DNA of 64,000 nucleotides from sequence record DRR378314_1792; one strand, 5' to 3'. Shown piece by piece: positions 62,146 to 64,000 of this stretch (position 1 is its first letter; each line of letters starts with the position of its first letter). The notes under the pieces were generated by a model. It saw only the letters and a program-made list of their open reading frames with translations, ran no database searches and was not told where the DNA came from. The position numbers and the translations under genes were made by a program.

Positions 62146-62478
62146 TTACCCCTTCTCTGTTCTGGAGGCCTTTTCATCCAAGCCGGAAAGACCTTCTCTC
62201 TCAGCCAGTTTCTGATAGATCTCGGACGGGTTGATGCCAGCGTCTGCCCACAGCACAAACATATGGTATATCAGATCCGCGCTTTCAGAAATAATTTCAT
62301 CCCGATGATCCAAGGCACCCGCCAGAGCAAGCTCTACCCCTTCTTCACCGACCTTTTGCGTTATCTTCTGGCGACCTTTCGCATAAAGACTAGCCGTGTA
62401 GGAGCTCTCAGCAGATGCCGATTTGCGCGCTTCAATGGTTTCAAAAAGCCCGTCCAGAATTTCAGTGGAAATTTTCAT
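62146..62478 (-). CDS. hisE: Phosphoribosyl-ATP pyrophosphatase
   Basis: SYTASL, KVGEEGVE, ESADLIYH. Confidence 0.95.
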   Translation of the reverse strand: MKISTEILDGLFETIEARKSASAESSYTASLYAKGRQKITQKVGEEGVELALAGALDHRDEIISESADLIYHMFVLWADAGINPSEIYQKLAEREGLSGLDEKASRTEKG

Positions 62479-62488
62479 TCCGCCTCCG

Positions 62489-63247
62489 TTATAACCTTAC
62501 CGGTATTCCGGTATCTTTCATGGTTTCTTTAGCTTCACGAATTGTATATTCCCCAAAATGGAATATGGACGCAGCAAGAACCGCAGTCGCGTGACCGTCT
62601 CGAATTCCTTCAGCCAAATGAGCCAAAGTCCCAACACCCCCAGAGGCGATAACAGGAATAGAGACAGCATCCGCAATGGCACGGGTCAGTTCGATATTGA
62701 AACCGGTTCGTGTTCCGTCTCTGTCCATGGATGTCAACAGGATCTCCCCCGCGCCATACTCAGCCATTTTCTGCGCCCACTCAACCGCGTCAATGCCAGT
62801 GGGCTCACGGCCACCATGGGTGAAAATTTCAAATTTGTTGGAGCCTGTCTGTTTAGCATCGATGGCAACGACAATACATTGGTTACCAAATTTCTGAGCC
62901 GCTTCGCGCACAAATTCCGGATTATGAACCGCCGCCGTATTAATCGATACTTTATCTGCACCTGCCAGCAATAACTTTCGAACATCCTCTACGGTGCGAA
63001 CACCCCCACCCACCGTCAGGGGCATGAAGCATTGCTCTGCGGTGCGGCGGACCACATCATAAATTGTTTCCCGGTTATCGGAGCTGGCCGTAATATCCAG
63101 AAAGCAGAGTTCATCGGCACCTTGCTCATCATAAATCCGAGCCTGTTCAACAGGATCCCCAGCATCAATCAGGTCAACGAAATTCACCCCTTTGACGACG
63201 CGGCCATCCTTCACATCCAAACATGGAATTACTCTTGCTTTAAGCAT
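62489..63247 (-). CDS. hisF: Imidazole glycerol phosphate synthase cyclase subunit
   Basis: [29 protein letters not shown]. Confidence 0.97.
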   Translation of the reverse strand: MLKARVIPCLDVKDGRVVKGVNFVDLIDAGDPVEQARIYDEQGADELCFLDITASSDNRETIYDVVRRTAEQCFMPLTVGGGVRTVEDVRKLLLAGADKVSINTAAVHNPEFVREAAQKFGNQCIVVAIDAKQTGSNKFEIFTHGGREPTGIDAVEWAQKMAEYGAGEILLTSMDRDGTRTGFNIELTRAIADAVSIPVIASGGVGTLAHLAEGIRDGHATAVLAASIFHFGEYTIREAKETMKDTGIPVRL

Positions 63248-63974
63248 CTGCCTGTTCCACCAGTTTTAGCGCCGCTGCAGGATCGATACGCCCATCATAA
63301 AGTGCGCGGCCAATAATGACACCTTCTATTCCGCTGTCGCAAACAGCCAAAAGATCCTCGATATCCTTGATAGAGGCGACCCCACCGGATGCAATAACAG
63401 GGATTGAAATTTTTTCGGCTAGGGCCGCGGTCGCCTGGACATTGACCCCCTGCAAAGCACCATCCCGATCAATATCCGTATAGATAATCGCCTCAACACC
63501 GGCATCTTCAAATTTCTGGGCTAGATCCAGCGCCGATGTTTCACTGGTTTCAGCCCAACCTTCAACCGCGACCATGCTGTCGCGCGCATCAATCCCGACC
63601 GCAATATGGCCCGGAAATTCCCGGCAGGCCGCTTTCACAATTTCAGGATCACGAAGCGCTATCGTTCCCAGGATCACACGGCTAATTCCTTTATCGAGCC
63701 ACATCTCGATCGTTTTCAGATCTCTGATACCACCCCCCAGCTGCGATGGCACATTGGTCGCTTTTAAGATTGCTTCGACTGCAGCGGCGTTAACCGGCTT
63801 GCCTTCAAATGCCCCGTTCAGGTCGACCAGATGAATTTTTTTAAACCCAGCGTCCTTAAACGCCCGCGCCTGATCGCCAGGATCCGTATTAAAGACTGTT
63901 GCCGCATCCATTTCACCGCGAAGCAAACGGACACAATTTCCATCTTTCAAATCAATAGCTGGATACAGGTTCAT
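63240..63974 (-). CDS. hisA: ProFAR isomerase
   Basis: [33 protein letters not shown]. Confidence 0.96.
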   Translation of the reverse strand: MNLYPAIDLKDGNCVRLLRGEMDAATVFNTDPGDQARAFKDAGFKKIHLVDLNGAFEGKPVNAAAVEAILKATNVPSQLGGGIRDLKTIEMWLDKGISRVILGTIALRDPEIVKAACREFPGHIAVGIDARDSMVAVEGWAETSETSALDLAQKFEDAGVEAIIYTDIDRDGALQGVNVQATAALAEKISIPVIASGGVASIKDIEDLLAVCDSGIEGVIIGRALYDGRIDPAAALKLVEQADA

Positions 63975-63989
63975 AACTCTACGACCTCC

Positions 63990-64000
63990 TCAAGGTCTTT
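63990..64000 (-). CDS. 3' tip of the upstream gene, possibly hisH
   Basis: ...AGA CCT TGA (R-P-stop) overlapping the hisA SD; identity inferred only from operon position. Confidence 0.3.

Noticed and set aside
1-64000. CRISPR arrays, tRNA/rRNA, IS, integrase, prophage or defence genes
   Set aside because: None recognised. Intergenic gaps are short and lack repeat-spacer or cloverleaf patterns.

Overview
Mostly core-genome DNA from an alphaproteobacterium. The evidence is gene order (rph/hrcA-grpE, dnaK-dnaJ-dapB, argH-lysA-DUF4175, phaR/phbAB) and the CtrA and RpoH motifs. About 62 CDS can be called: 3' part of class II RNR nrdJ; aromatic, His, Met, Lys and Arg biosynthesis; glyoxalase and glutathione genes; a PHA locus; heat-shock chaperones; envelope proteins; a CyaC-type haem/2Fe-2S adenylate cyclase; and hisAFE. 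I saw no rRNA, tRNA, CRISPR, integrase or transposase. The one clearly accessory element is a ~1550-aa SpvB/YD/Rhs protein (34541-39202, minus). It looks like a TcB-TcC-style cocoon missing the beta-propeller. Its autoprotease motif appears intact, and its C-terminal cargo is a ~6-helix membrane domain with an acidic tail. No immunity, TcA, PAAR or VgrG gene is adjacent. Other observations: two perfect CtrA boxes (before a DUF1127 gene and an orphan gene), tandem PhaR boxes, a PhaC-like hydrolase with a tiny coupled partner ORF, a second plant-type TyrA, no rsmI at its usual locus, and a 40-aa lipoprotein missed by the ORF track. All calls come from reading motifs by eye; no searches were run.
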